From assembly GCA_976226885.1 (NCBI GenBank), contig OZ320314.1:58962001-59026000 (forward strand): a stretch of 64,000 bases of DNA, given 5' to 3'. A program made the translations under genes and the position numbers. Of the stretch, positions 23,631-34,944 are shown piece by piece; position 1 is the first letter of the stretch; each line of letters starts with the position of its first letter. This DNA comes from Iphione sp. A-MEVVRFRX5 (Eukaryota). The notes below the pieces were generated by a model. That model worked only from the letters and a program-made list of their open reading frames with translations. It searched no databases and had not been told where the DNA came from.

Positions 23631-26231
23631 TTAATCTCCTTCCCCTCTTTTGTCCCTCTTTACCCCCGCTGTTTTTGTCTGGATCCGTGTCTTGCATGAT
23701 GTGTATTACATGCCGCCTAATGTCTTTGCGGTTGTGTTTGACATGCATGAAGTCCATGGAACACCTCCATCTTTCTCTGTCAGACATGCCACTGACTTAG
23801 GCGATTGTAGGTCTATCTTGTTGTGTGCGGCAGGCCTCCAGTCTAAGATGGATATTGTTCTGTGTATGACTTACTCGCATCCTTAGCCAGTGCCTTCTTC
23901 TAGCTCGATGAACATACCCCTAGCGTATAAGATAAGGTTTCGGCTGCTGTCTGACACACTCCCTCTCAGCCATAACACAAACATACACACTCAGGACTCC
24001 AGGCAGCACCTCTTTCTCGCTCTGTGATACATTCCCACCACCGTACATACATGCACTACATGCCCAAGACAGCTCGGGACAGTATAGCTTTCCCACTGTT
24101 CTCTACGGCTCGTGCTTAATATGTTCTTCATCCTATATGCCGACGTCCTGACCCCAGACAAGGGGAGGTATTTTCACGGTGTTTGCCTCTGTCCAGGTGA
24201 AGCCAGCCAAGTGTGAAGGGTGACCGCGACTTCTAATAGAGACGCACTGTCTGTGTTTACAGGGGTGCGTGACCAGTGTATTTCGGGTATATAAGTGTAT
24301 GTGTGTAAGTGGATGCATATGTGTGTTACTGTTTATTAGTTTGAATGTGTGTCTGTAGTTGTGTTTGTGTTCGGTGTTGAGTGTGTGATGGTACGTTTAT
24401 ATGACTTTTCACATAATTAGTGGACTAAACATTAAGAATGCTAATAACATTAAGAATACTATTTAAAAATACTAATAATCCATGGATATATCAGAGTATC
24501 TCACTACCACCAGACTGGCTGATGCAAGTTCATGGTATTTCTGTCCGTGGATGACTGGCTGGTTGGGTAGGTCTCATATCCTATGAAACAAGGCTATGCT
24601 TCCACTCAGTGATACGACCGTGAATCAAGGGGAGATCTGAGGTACAAACCTTTCTTTTGACCCAGTGGTTGTATGGGAGAAATGTGAGTACAGTGCTTAT
24701 GACATCACATGTTTAATGTGGTGCCGAAACAGGATGTTGTATCTTCTATACTTCGCTAATATAAATTTGATCAGTCACTTCTGGTTGTCAAAAACACGGC
24801 TTCGAATTATACCTCTTCAGGCGTAATTGTTCTGCGTTTGTATGAAAACGACTTTGTCTTATCAGATTTTGAATCTTCAAAATTTAAGCAACTTATCGTG
24901 GTCATAAATGTGGCATCACCAGATGTGAGAGGGAAGGTAAACCCAGAGACACTGACAGGAGCATCGTTGATATCTAAATTCTAACATTCTTTATTGTACA
25001 AAGGTCTGTACAGAGATCCAGAACCTCTCATTTGGGAACATGTACTGTACATGTATATTTATACATGATGTCCGAACAACAAAGAGAACTTGCTGGTACA
25101 TGGAGATGACCTTTCAAAGGCCCTGAAGCTAAAATCGCTCGGTTTTATTTTAACCGCCTAACCATTAATGCTGTCCGAATATTAACTTTTTGCAGCCCTT
25201 GGACTGAATAATTCATGCCCGAACCAGTCTAAGATGTGGGCCAGAAACGCTTTTAAGCCTTTTCGTCATTCTTCAAGTGGGCATGACGTCACAGTAGCTG
25301 ATAAGCCTGGTAGTCTCAGTCATATATAGGTCAAATCCCTGGGGTGGAGGTGAATCGTAGTGGATTTCTCTCTTTGAGCTATTATAATGTTTAGGCATAT
25401 AATAACCATTTGGCATTGATTTCAATGCTAATTCTGACATTATGATTAAGACACATGTAGTACTACCTTAAGCTGAAGAGCAAATGTCAAAATTATAATT
25501 GGTTTGTTTTTACCAGGCTTTAGAGTTCATATTAGAATATGCAGAAACTCCCTGATTATCACCCACTTTTCACCTCTGTAGTGTTTTTCCTGAATTATGA
25601 CTTTTAACAAAGACTATAAATTTAGACACTAATCTGGTCATTTAGGTTAACCATAAACATATGTATATATCCCAAAGAATATACAAGACACTTTAGAAAT
25701 CTGTACCTAAAAGGGTTTGACAACATATTGTTTACATCTTACTGGCCACAAGTACCCGGATTCCCCACTCCAAGAATATACCAGTGCCCTAATGACCGCC
25801 ATCCCATCGTACTAATACATAAATAAATACAATTACATGGACTGATCATTCATAGGCGTGAGGATGACAGGGCCCACTTATCTGAGATTCTGAATATGCA
25901 TGTAAGTAGTCTATGCAATTTTCGTACCACTACGTTCTTGTTAATCAAAAGGGTTGTTTAAAGCAAGGTTTGTGTCTGTTTTTCTTTTTTTTGTGCTTGC
26001 CTCAGATCTTGGGATTCAAATTCAATTCAATTCAATTCAAAAACAATTTATTCTCCTTCTGTCGCCATAATAACGGCGGTGTTAACAGATAAGAGTTACT
26101 TACACTGCACATGCTGACAAATTATTGCAGGTGCAGGATGATTAATGAGATGGATACATGGTACAATAGAGATACATATATATAGAAGAGCATGTTATGT
26201 TATGGGATTTTAGTACAGTTGTTAAAGTGAC

Positions 26232-29111
26232 TTAATGTACAACAGTAATCTTGCATAGTGATATAAAGTCTTTTCTCTCTGGGATGTTTCTTAACAAGGC
26301 ATCAAGGTTGTTCCACATTCTAGGCCCAGTATATGCTATCGAGTGTAGAACCTTTTTGGATTTAGGTATTGGCAATTTGTAAGATAGACTATCGTTAAGT
26401 CTTGTCTCTATATTCTTCTCACTATTCCTGTTTACTATTGCTAGATTTGATGATCTGTACATCAGATCAAGTATAGATACTTTGTGTCTCTGATTAATCC
26501 CACTAATTTGATAATAGGAGTGTAATTCATCTGATGTTTTGTCACAAACCCTATGAAACTTCTTGTAAATTAAGTGTAATAAGCGATTCTGAATTCTTTG
26601 CAATCTGTTCATTAGCATCACAGAACTACAGCCAATGAAGGCGTTACAGTAATCTATAAGTGGTAACATAAAAGATTTGTATATTGTTAGGGCTGCTGCT
26701 TCTGTTATTGTATATAACACCTTGGATAACATATATGATTGACTTGTTAGTCTTTTGATTAGATGTAATACATGGGCCTTCATTGTTAATTCACAGTCAA
26801 TTATTAACCCTAGATATTTGTATTCATGAACAAAGTCAACATTTCTATGATTCAAGCTGAATAAATGTACATCTTTGCAATCAATATCATTAGTCCCTTT
26901 TATTGTCATAAGCTTAGTCTTGTCAACATTGATCATCAGTTGGTTCATTTTACACCAGGATTGTACTTGATTCATGATGATAACCATTTTGTCACATAGT
27001 TTTGCTGCACTTTTATCACTACAGTAGCATATAGTTTCATCAGCGAATAATATCGAAGACCCTGAAACTGATGCAGGAAGATCATTTATGTACATTGAAA
27101 ACAATAGTGGCCCTAGTGTGGAGCCCTGTGGAACACCAAATTGTATCGTAAGATCAGTTGATTTTGTACAGTTTACGTTGCAGCATTGGGTTCTGTTGCT
27201 TAAATACGAAGTAAACCAGTCTGTGCTATTCTGAGAGAAGTTGAAGTAGTATTTTAGTTTATGGACTAGTAATTTGTGATTTATCGTGTCGAAAGCCTTA
27301 CAGAAATCAATAAAAAGCAATAGACTATTATTTTTGTTTTAGTACTCTAGGTAGAGGTCGTTAAGTAATTTATGTATAGCATTTTGAGTATTTCTCATTT
27401 TCCTAAATCCATATTGCTCTACACATAATAGACTATTTCTCTCCAGGTGATCATAAAGTTGATTGTATACAATCCGTTCAAGAATTTTTGACATTAAAGG
27501 TAGGAGAGAAATAGGTCTGTAGTTATTCAACTGGGTAGCTGATCCACCCTTGTGCAATGGCTTGATAGTTGCGTCTTTCCATTTTCTGGGCACATGACAT
27601 TCCTCAATAGATTTGTTTATTAGATAATGAAGCTGATTGACAGATAGTCTTAGTAAACATTTTAATACTTTAGTTTCTAAACCATTTATGTTAGATGATT
27701 TGCTTACATTAATGCTTTTGATGATGGGAACAAGGTCAGAAATCATGCAAGGGGCTAGTTCAAAGCTGGGGACATCCTTGCCTTGATTAGTGGGTAGTTC
27801 ATTCACATCCGTATCTATTTTGGCATCCTTCAGTTTTGATTCAGCAATTTCAACAAAGTATTTGTTGAAGACATCAGCAACTTGATCATCACAAAGTGAA
27901 GAGCCATTGTGAGTTATGGTAATAGGGTTATTTACAGTACCATCTCTACCCATAAGAGTGTTCATTACCGACCAGAATTGTTTCGGATTGGATTTGCTAG
28001 TACGTAACTTTTGCCTATAGTAGAATGATTTGGCTCTTGCTATAGTATAGTTTACACTGTTTCTTAAATAACGGTAGATATTGGCAGTGTTCTCATCATT
28101 TTTTCTATTCCGGTACTTTGACATGTAGTAGTTCTTTAATCTTATCAACCGTAATAGTGATTTACTCATCCATGGGGGGCTCTTGTTGGTTATAGTTACT
28201 TCCATCATAGGAAAGTGTTTATCTGCAATTTGGATGAGGTTATTGTAGTATATATCCCAGCAGTTATCTACATTTCCTTCATGATAAAATTGGTACCAGT
28301 TGAGAGATTTTAAATCATCCTTTACTTTTACTTCGTCCACATCCATCATTGACCGGACTTGTATAACTCTAGGCTTAACAGTGTCTTTCTTTTTCAGTAT
28401 TTTCTTTATTATAAAGGTTGTTTCATGGTCCGATATATTCCAGCCTACTGTTCCACTTTTAAAGATATGCTTGCTGTTAGAAGATATCGTGTCTATTAGA
28501 CTGGACGATTTCTTATCTACTCTTGTAGGAGTAGTTATATGATTAATGATGCCATAATTTTTAGTCAAATTTATGAATTTCATACATATTTGATCTTTCT
28601 TGGCCAGATTGATATTTATGTCACCAAGTAGGAAGATATCTCTTTTTTGGTTTACTTTTGATAGAGCCTCTTCTAAGTGATGTAGGAAATTTGTAATTGA
28701 ACCACTTGGAGGCCTGTATATGTTAAAGATCAGCATCATTTTCCAGTTGTTTGCTTTCACTTCCAATACTTGTAATTCAATGTCACTTGATGAGATGTTT
28801 AGATTTGAATACACATTCATGTCCACTAAGAAGTGATCTGTCAGATATGTTATTAAGCCACCTCCACTTTTGGTGGTGTTATTATTGGTAAGATGCTGTC
28901 TGTCATGCCGTATATGTTGATAACCATTAATTTTTAGCAAATTGTTAGGGTAGTTGCTGCTTAGCCATGACTCTTGTAGACCTAGGATATGGCATCCATG
29001 CATATTTAAGTAGTACTGAATAGAGGCTACTTTATTAATAATACTTCTGACATTGAGCTGCATTATTACAAGTCCGTTCTTGTGATTTGTAATTTTATTG
29101 CAGTTAGTCAT
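26232..29111 (-). pseudogene. LINE ORF2: AP endonuclease + reverse transcriptase, one in-frame stop
   Basis: APE motifs: QLNVRSI, LQESWL, YRPP, LGDININ, IDTI, SDH. RT motifs: NYRPISLL, QYGFR, IDFCKAFDT, GVPQGSTLGPLLF, FADE, YKYLG. ORFs 27339-29168 and 26232-27320 share a frame and are split by TAA at 27339-27341. The expected catalytic DD reads DE (27036-27041). Confidence 0.95.
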
Positions 29112-29157
29112 TAATTGATACAAAAGAGATAATGGTAGTGCTACTCTCCGCAAGGTA

Positions 29158-29875
29158 TGGTTTAACAATAAACCAATACAACTTGTCGAAGATAAATAGA
29201 CAAAGGCTTGTAGTGTGTTTGGTATTTATGAAGATGTACAGACATGAATATACATTTCCGTGAGTAAGACATGGAGCTACTGATGAGCATGGTTTATCCA
29301 TAAACCAATGCCCATATAGTGTAGCACCAACATTACTAGCGCTTATACAAATTGTTACATTTTCGTTATTATGTTTTTGATACGGTTTGACCACAAACCA
29401 GTATTTCCCACTTAGAGACAATAAATACAGTAAAATGAGTATCCAATGAACGTGCTCTACTGATACATTTTTATACAATACAAATGCGATCATAATGTTA
29501 GTGCGAATGGATAAGGCACACTTTGGATCAGCGAAGTAAGATATTGAATCCATATAGTTTCGAGATAGAGACTTTACAATACTAGACAACGAAGTGCTTA
29601 TGGCCTTTGATAAGGTGATTTAGAATGGCACGGTATACCTATATACCCTTGCCACTGTCAGATACGCTAAATTGACATGACATACTCCTCGCAATCACAT
29701 ATATTTATATGGACTGATGTAATGAGACGGATCATCTTGTGAGAACTGGTGTATCCATACACCAAGTAGTCAACAAGAGACCCAGCTACGTTCGATGTAA
29801 CCATACATCCCAACGAGCAAATTTAATGATAGATATATTTGCTATTAAATGTGAGCATGGTTTATCCATAAACCA
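29158..29875 (-). repeat. Array of 5-6 tetraloop hairpins in the LINE inter-ORF spacer
   Basis: 18-nt hairpins at 29158, 29290, 29383, 29747 and 29858, plus a variant at 29632. An identical 37-nt direct repeat occurs at 29284 and 29852. Confidence 0.8.
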
Positions 29876-29912
29876 ATGCCCATATAGTTTGTCAACTAGA
29901 TCGATAATATGG

Positions 29913-30599
29913 CTAGTGATTGCGAGTGCATGCCAGTGCTATTTGTTTGGCCCAAAACTGTCTCGTGTCCACAGTAGGATGTATGCCATCACTCAATTTA
30001 TTGAAGAAAGCTCTGTATCTCTTTCCTTGGTGTATATGTACCGGTCTTTCGGTCCAAGGTGTTCTAAGGTTCTGTAAGTCATTAGTTTTGATAATCAGCT
30101 TGTTTATCCTAGCTATTGCCTTAATAAAGTTTATTTGCACATCAGGTTCACATTTTGCGACTACACCCTTGTTGATTAGATGTTCATTAGTTTTGTCAAA
30201 GTCTACAGCTGTAATGGGCGCCCAGATGATTTTTGGGCAGTCTACTAGTTCAAATAATCTCTGTTTGTGCATCAATAGAAGTGAAGCGAACCTGAGATAC
30301 AGAGCATTCTCGTCATTATCCACTGGTATTGTTGCTTGGATAGGTGATGGTGTTCTCTTGATTAGATCACAGATGCCACCAAATATTACTATTTGCTCAT
30401 ACAAATACAGGTTTTCTGAGAGATAGATTGTTTTCATCAGTCTATTAAGGTCGCCGCCCGGAAAACATTCAACTTGATAGTTCGTGTTGTCAGTTTTAAA
30501 TCTCTCAAGGTCTTCAAGTAGGTGTCTCCCTCTCGAGTCAGAAACAATCAGTACGTTAGGTGGCGGCAGATGTATATCATCTCTCAGCGGGGCATCATT
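29913..30599 (-). CDS. SGNH/GDSL-type esterase frame of the LINE (open from 30599; first ATG only at 30437)
   Basis: Block I VLIVSDSRGRHL, block II FPGG, block III IVIFGGICDL, block V DGIHP. The frame is open for ~54 codons upstream of the annotated ATG. Confidence 0.8.
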   Translation of the reverse strand, partial: NDAPLRDDIHLPPPNVLIVSDSRGRHLLEDLERFKTDNTNYQVECFPGGDLNRLMKTIYLSENLYLYEQIVIFGGICDLIKRTPSPIQATIPVDNDENALYLRFASLLLMHKQRLFELVDCPKIIWAPITAVDFDKTNEHLINKGVVAKCEPDVQINFIKAIARINKLIIKTNDLQNLRTPWTERPVHIHQGKRYRAFFNKLSDGIHPTVDTRQFWAKQIALACTRNH

Positions 30600-30683
30600 C
30601 TAAAGAGAAGTTAGTATCATATAGTTTTGGGGGATAGATCAGTGCGATTAATTCTGAATTATTAGAATTTGCATCAAATCAGA

Positions 30684-31780
30684 TCAAGTTTTGTTTAGTT
30701 TTTCTCTGATTTCTACTAGCGATTTCCCAAGCATATTGTTACCTGGGTAGTCATTTTGCTGACCGATCGTTTCGTGCAGTTCCTTCCCCGTTCCAAGCTT
30801 TGTGTCCCTGCTACAGTATACGATCTCCCTGAGTCCAGTTCCTATTAACGTCTTATTTAGTTCCGAGCTTTGAGAGAATTTGGCTGCTAGCAATTGTTTG
30901 AGCGATTGTTCGAGTTCACGACCCCAGTCTTTGTTGTCGCCTAGTGAGTTGTTGATTTCGTTTATTCGGTCTTCCGAATGATTACGTAATATTACCTCGA
31001 ATAGATCAGGTCGGTTCAGTACTTTAGCTTTACTGTATAGTAGTCCTTGTGAGACTGATGTGAACACAGTACCTTTGAAGGAAAAATTACACAAGGCAGC
31101 GTTGGATAATGATGTATGCTCCTTGGAGAAGAAAAGGTGGGTTTTAGTTTGATAGTTGCATGCATTAGTCAGGTTTATTCCTTTAGGTAGTTTGTACAAT
31201 TGATTGAAGGGGATTTTGTTGCTATCGACTATGATATATAGTCCATACACAGTAGCCTTGTGCTTCTTCGCTCTGGCTAGTTCTGCGATTAGTTTTAGTT
31301 CTCTTTGAACGTTCTGGGCTTCAGATGGTAAATCTTCGTTAACCCATACATGTTTGTACTGTTTTATCACATTATGCCTGTTCTTGTAAATTTTGTCTCG
31401 TACAGAGATTGACTCAAATTCAACAACTACTACAGTTTTTTTACCTGTTTCCCTTATCTCAGTTATATCATCTTCAGTGATACCGGGGGTAATAGATTTT
31501 AGGATCTGCAGAGTTTCCTCAAGTAATTTTTCCTGTGTAAATTTATAGCCTGATATAACAAGGTTGCATCTTCTTGCCTGGACCTCATCTATCAGACGTT
31601 TGTCAGACAAAGACTGTATTTCGGACTTCAATTTACTCACTTCACTGGTTAGTTGTGCCTTCTCCTTTCTCAGATTGACAATATCTTTTTTTACCTGGTC
31701 AATGTTAGTTTTGTTAGTGTTAATACTAGATGTAAGAGAGTCATTTGTTTTACTGATCAGCGCTTTTAGTACATCACAAG
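30684..31780 (-). CDS. LINE ORF1, 3' part: coiled coil + RRM-like/CTD core + NADAR (YbiA-like) domain
   Basis: Heptad region followed by RRCNLVISG..VVVEF..RDKIY..VWVNEDLP (L1-ORF1/Tnp22-like). NADAR ~30690-31140: LSN, YSKA, W, AKFSQ, LIGTG, SRD..GTG, GNNMLGKSL..R. Confidence 0.8.
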
Positions 31781-32341
31781 CGCCTTCGGCACTTTCACTG
31801 GTTGCTTGGAGGATAGCCCTGTCCCTACAATGTAACCAATGCATGTGTGCTGTGATGTCTGCTGATTACTTAAAGTAATTTCATGCAAAATCAACTGTCT
31901 CAGTGATGTCCCTACACATCTAGATGATCCTCTGCCACCCATCCTACACTTCTTGGAAGACTTCGCAGCTTCCCTGGGTTATTCCCACACTAATTTTCAC
32001 TGCCTTCACCCCCCCCCCCTCCTCTTTTCCCACCCCCATAGCTGTGGCCGCAATACAGCCACATTATGTAACTCCAGAACATCATGAATCTGGGTCAGCA
32101 CCTGGCATCCCCTTTGTATTCATACTCTGGACCTCAAAATGTAGGGCCCAACATCATATGGTTTTGATAAACAGCCTTTACCAAACATAAAATATACATA
32201 AATTACACTTTGTTTCTGTACTGTTCCCTTATAAATGAATGTATACAAAAACTATAGTACTTTTTAAGACCACATCATCATGAGATGAGACTTCACTGGG
32301 GACGGACTACTTTCGGGAGACGTTTTTAATAGGTAGTGTAA

Positions 32342-32613
32342 AAATGTTTTGTTTGCTCTTCAACTAGTTTGTCAATCTTTTGCTCTAGCGAGGAACCTGA
32401 GCTGTTGTTACCAGGTTTGGGCGAGGTCGGTTCAGCACTTGTATCACTCTTCATCCCAGTCTCTCCATTGATGGAGTTATCCCCAACTTTATCAGGTGTA
32501 ACAGGTACATCATCGGTCTTTTCAGGATCAGCCTTTGAATGAGAATCAGATTGAGGACTGTTAGCAGTATCATTGGTTTTTAATTTTGTCTTTGTCTTCT
32601 TGGGCTTCACCAT
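32342..32613 (-). CDS. LINE ORF1, 5' part (MVKPKKTKTK...LEQKIDKLVEEQTK), separated by a ~560-bp interruption
   Basis: ATG at 32613. The basic/disordered N-terminus ends in the start of a coiled coil that continues naturally into VLKALISKTNDSL at ~31775. Confidence 0.65.
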
Positions 32614-34524
32614 GTCTAGATTCAAATGTTCAACGCTAACCGTTAGTGATTGGACTAAGCAGTAGCAGTAGCGATTATGGAGAGTAGAATTATACAAGGT
32701 ATATGTGTCAGGCAAATTATTACATACAACTGCTTGTGGCTGGCACGTAATAATAGTATGTTAGATGTTGGGAGTACTTAACTCAAGAACCACTTGTAGC
32801 TCGTACGGTCCTACGGCTTAACGCTCAGGCTGCACACACTCAACGGTCAACGGTCAACGGTCAGCTGCTAGACTATTGACTCGCACGATCTGTCGTTGTT
32901 GTTGTTCAGCATATCCTACGCTTACTGATTGAATTCCCATGGCATTTTGTAGTTCTATGCAATCACTGTAGTATTGCTCAACATTTTACAGGTCCATGGT
33001 ATGTATTTCAGTAAGTGCGCCTTTTCTTTGTGAACAATTATCTCAGAGCGGCTCTCGCACACGTCAATCTCGGTCCGCCATCTTCTTTTCCTTTGAAGGT
33101 CACTCGCAAATGGAATGGCAATGCACTGGCCCAAGCCTGTCCTCGAGTGAGGTGCAGTCATTCATTTGCTAGTTGATATTAGCAAACCCTATCTCATTCC
33201 TCCACTTGAGAAGTTTTGTTTATGTACAGTCGTCTCAATAAATGAATGGATCTATTACATTGATTTTCCATGGGAAATCGAGGGAATTGAAGTAATGAGT
33301 TGTTTTTCCATACTAAGAAGCCGGTGAGTTCCCGGGAGATATATTTGGGGATGGGATGCTCTTGGGTACGCAGTGTACAGAAATCCTCGCATTAATTGAA
33401 CAAAATTGGACACTCTGCACAACAGTTTCTTTTGCTTTTGTAGTCGTTGTTGTTTTTGTTTTAGTTGTTGTTGAGTGTGGAGTGACTGCCTTCGTCACTC
33501 TATGCTGTACCTCGAATCAAGCTCTTGAACAGTGTTTGATGCTCCATTAGTATGACCTCGTCCTCCTCCTGCCCCCCACCTTCCGTCACCCCCGCCTGGA
33601 CACGCACTAGTGACGTCGTGCGTGAAAGACCTGTCCCATGTATTGATTCCCTAGACAATGCGCCACGGGTCGGAATGATGCCTTAAGTAGCTGGTTGTGG
33701 AGAACCCTGGACAGTGCACTTGTTTGACAGAAGGCTTGGACTACATTTTACATGTACCTGAAACAATATACATGTACTGCCATGAATGTTTGTGTATCAG
33801 TGCTGTCCATTTTCAAATTCAAACCGAATTCATCTGAAAACTGCTATCAGTTGAACAAAATTTGGTGAAACCCAGTGTTGCATTATAAATCTGAGCTCTC
33901 ATTTTCCAGACCTGAACTGTTGCATCATGGTGTTTGGTTTGCAGCCTCTCGCACTTCTGTCCCTTTATTTCCCTGCCCCGTCTCCCTTCTTCACTCTTTA
34001 CATAATGCGTTGAAAGTGTTCTTTTAATAAGTTTTATTGACCGTGGCCTCCAGGTCCTAGTCTATCCAGTAATTGCTTGGGATCAAACGACAGGCACATC
34101 TTATGTCTTCATAATTGCTGCTAGCAGTGCTTTCACAATTCAGATTACATGTATCGTAATAGTCAGTAAATGAAAGCGGTCGAGGGAAAAGACCAGCTGA
34201 CTGCCAGAAAGGGGCAGGCAAAACCACTTACTGTCACGAGCACATGCGTGTACATATACATGTATGTCATGGGGCTCTATGTTTTTTTTTTACTTCATGT
34301 AAATTGTAATCACATATTCGTCATGCCTAATGTAACGATCTGTTTAAGTAAGCTGGAGAACATTGTTTACCATAGTAAGTTTTTCTGGCACTGCACATCC
34401 GTAAATGCTTTAGATTTCGTCAGTGTACGATGGCAGCATCACAAAAATTGGAGTGGGATCGGCCTATAGGGAGAGAGGAGAGGCAGAGAAATGCATGAAA
34501 GAGGGAGATGGTGGAAAGAATGAT

Positions 34525-34525
<1 letters not shown>

Positions 34526-34608
<83 letters not shown>
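34526..34608. repeat. (GA)n microsatellite
   Basis: Read directly. Confidence 0.97.
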
Positions 34609-34611
<3 letters not shown>

Positions 34612-34798
34612 ATACATGATGCACACAATAATATACATCTACATTATACACATGCATTTGTTTTACCAGAAGTCGACTTCCCAACCGATAACTGGACAGG
34701 CCATATCTTTCCGGTTCCTGTCAGTCCCGGTTGTAGGCCGTTATTTCCCAACCCCCAACACTTCGGGACCATTTCAAAATCTCTCTCTCTGTGCCTCT

Positions 34799-34944
34799 NN
34801 NNNNNNNNNNNNNNNNNNNNNNNNNNNNNNNNNNNNNNNNNNNNNNNNNNNNNNNNNNNNNNNNNNNNNNNNNNNNNNNNNNNNNNNNNNNNNNNNNNNN
34901 NNNNNNNNNNNNNNNNNNNNNNNNNNNNNNNNNNNNNNNNNNNN
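34799..34944. other. Assembly gap (N run)
   Basis: N run. Confidence 1.

Larger units (their letters stand above)
26015..32870 (-). mobile_element. L2/CR1-group non-LTR retrotransposon, near full length, three coding modules (ORF1-NADAR, SGNH esterase, APE-RT)
   Basis: 3' (TTGAA)n tail at 26015-26040, AATAAA at 26047-26052 and a 3' stem-loop; APE-RT without RNase H; upstream ORFs as listed. The 5' boundary is approximate and no TSD was found. Confidence 0.88.

Noticed and set aside
24500-25000. Weak resemblance of a minus-strand peptide (MTTISCLNF..) to an L1 endonuclease start
   Set aside because: Multiple stops and no convincing downstream APE motifs.
29920-30426. 168-aa plus-strand ORF
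   Set aside because: Antisense shadow of the SGNH frame.
30600-30686. Stop-codon readthrough from NADAR ORF1 into the same-frame esterase
   Set aside because: Four in-frame stops (TGA, TAA, TGA, TAG) separate them.
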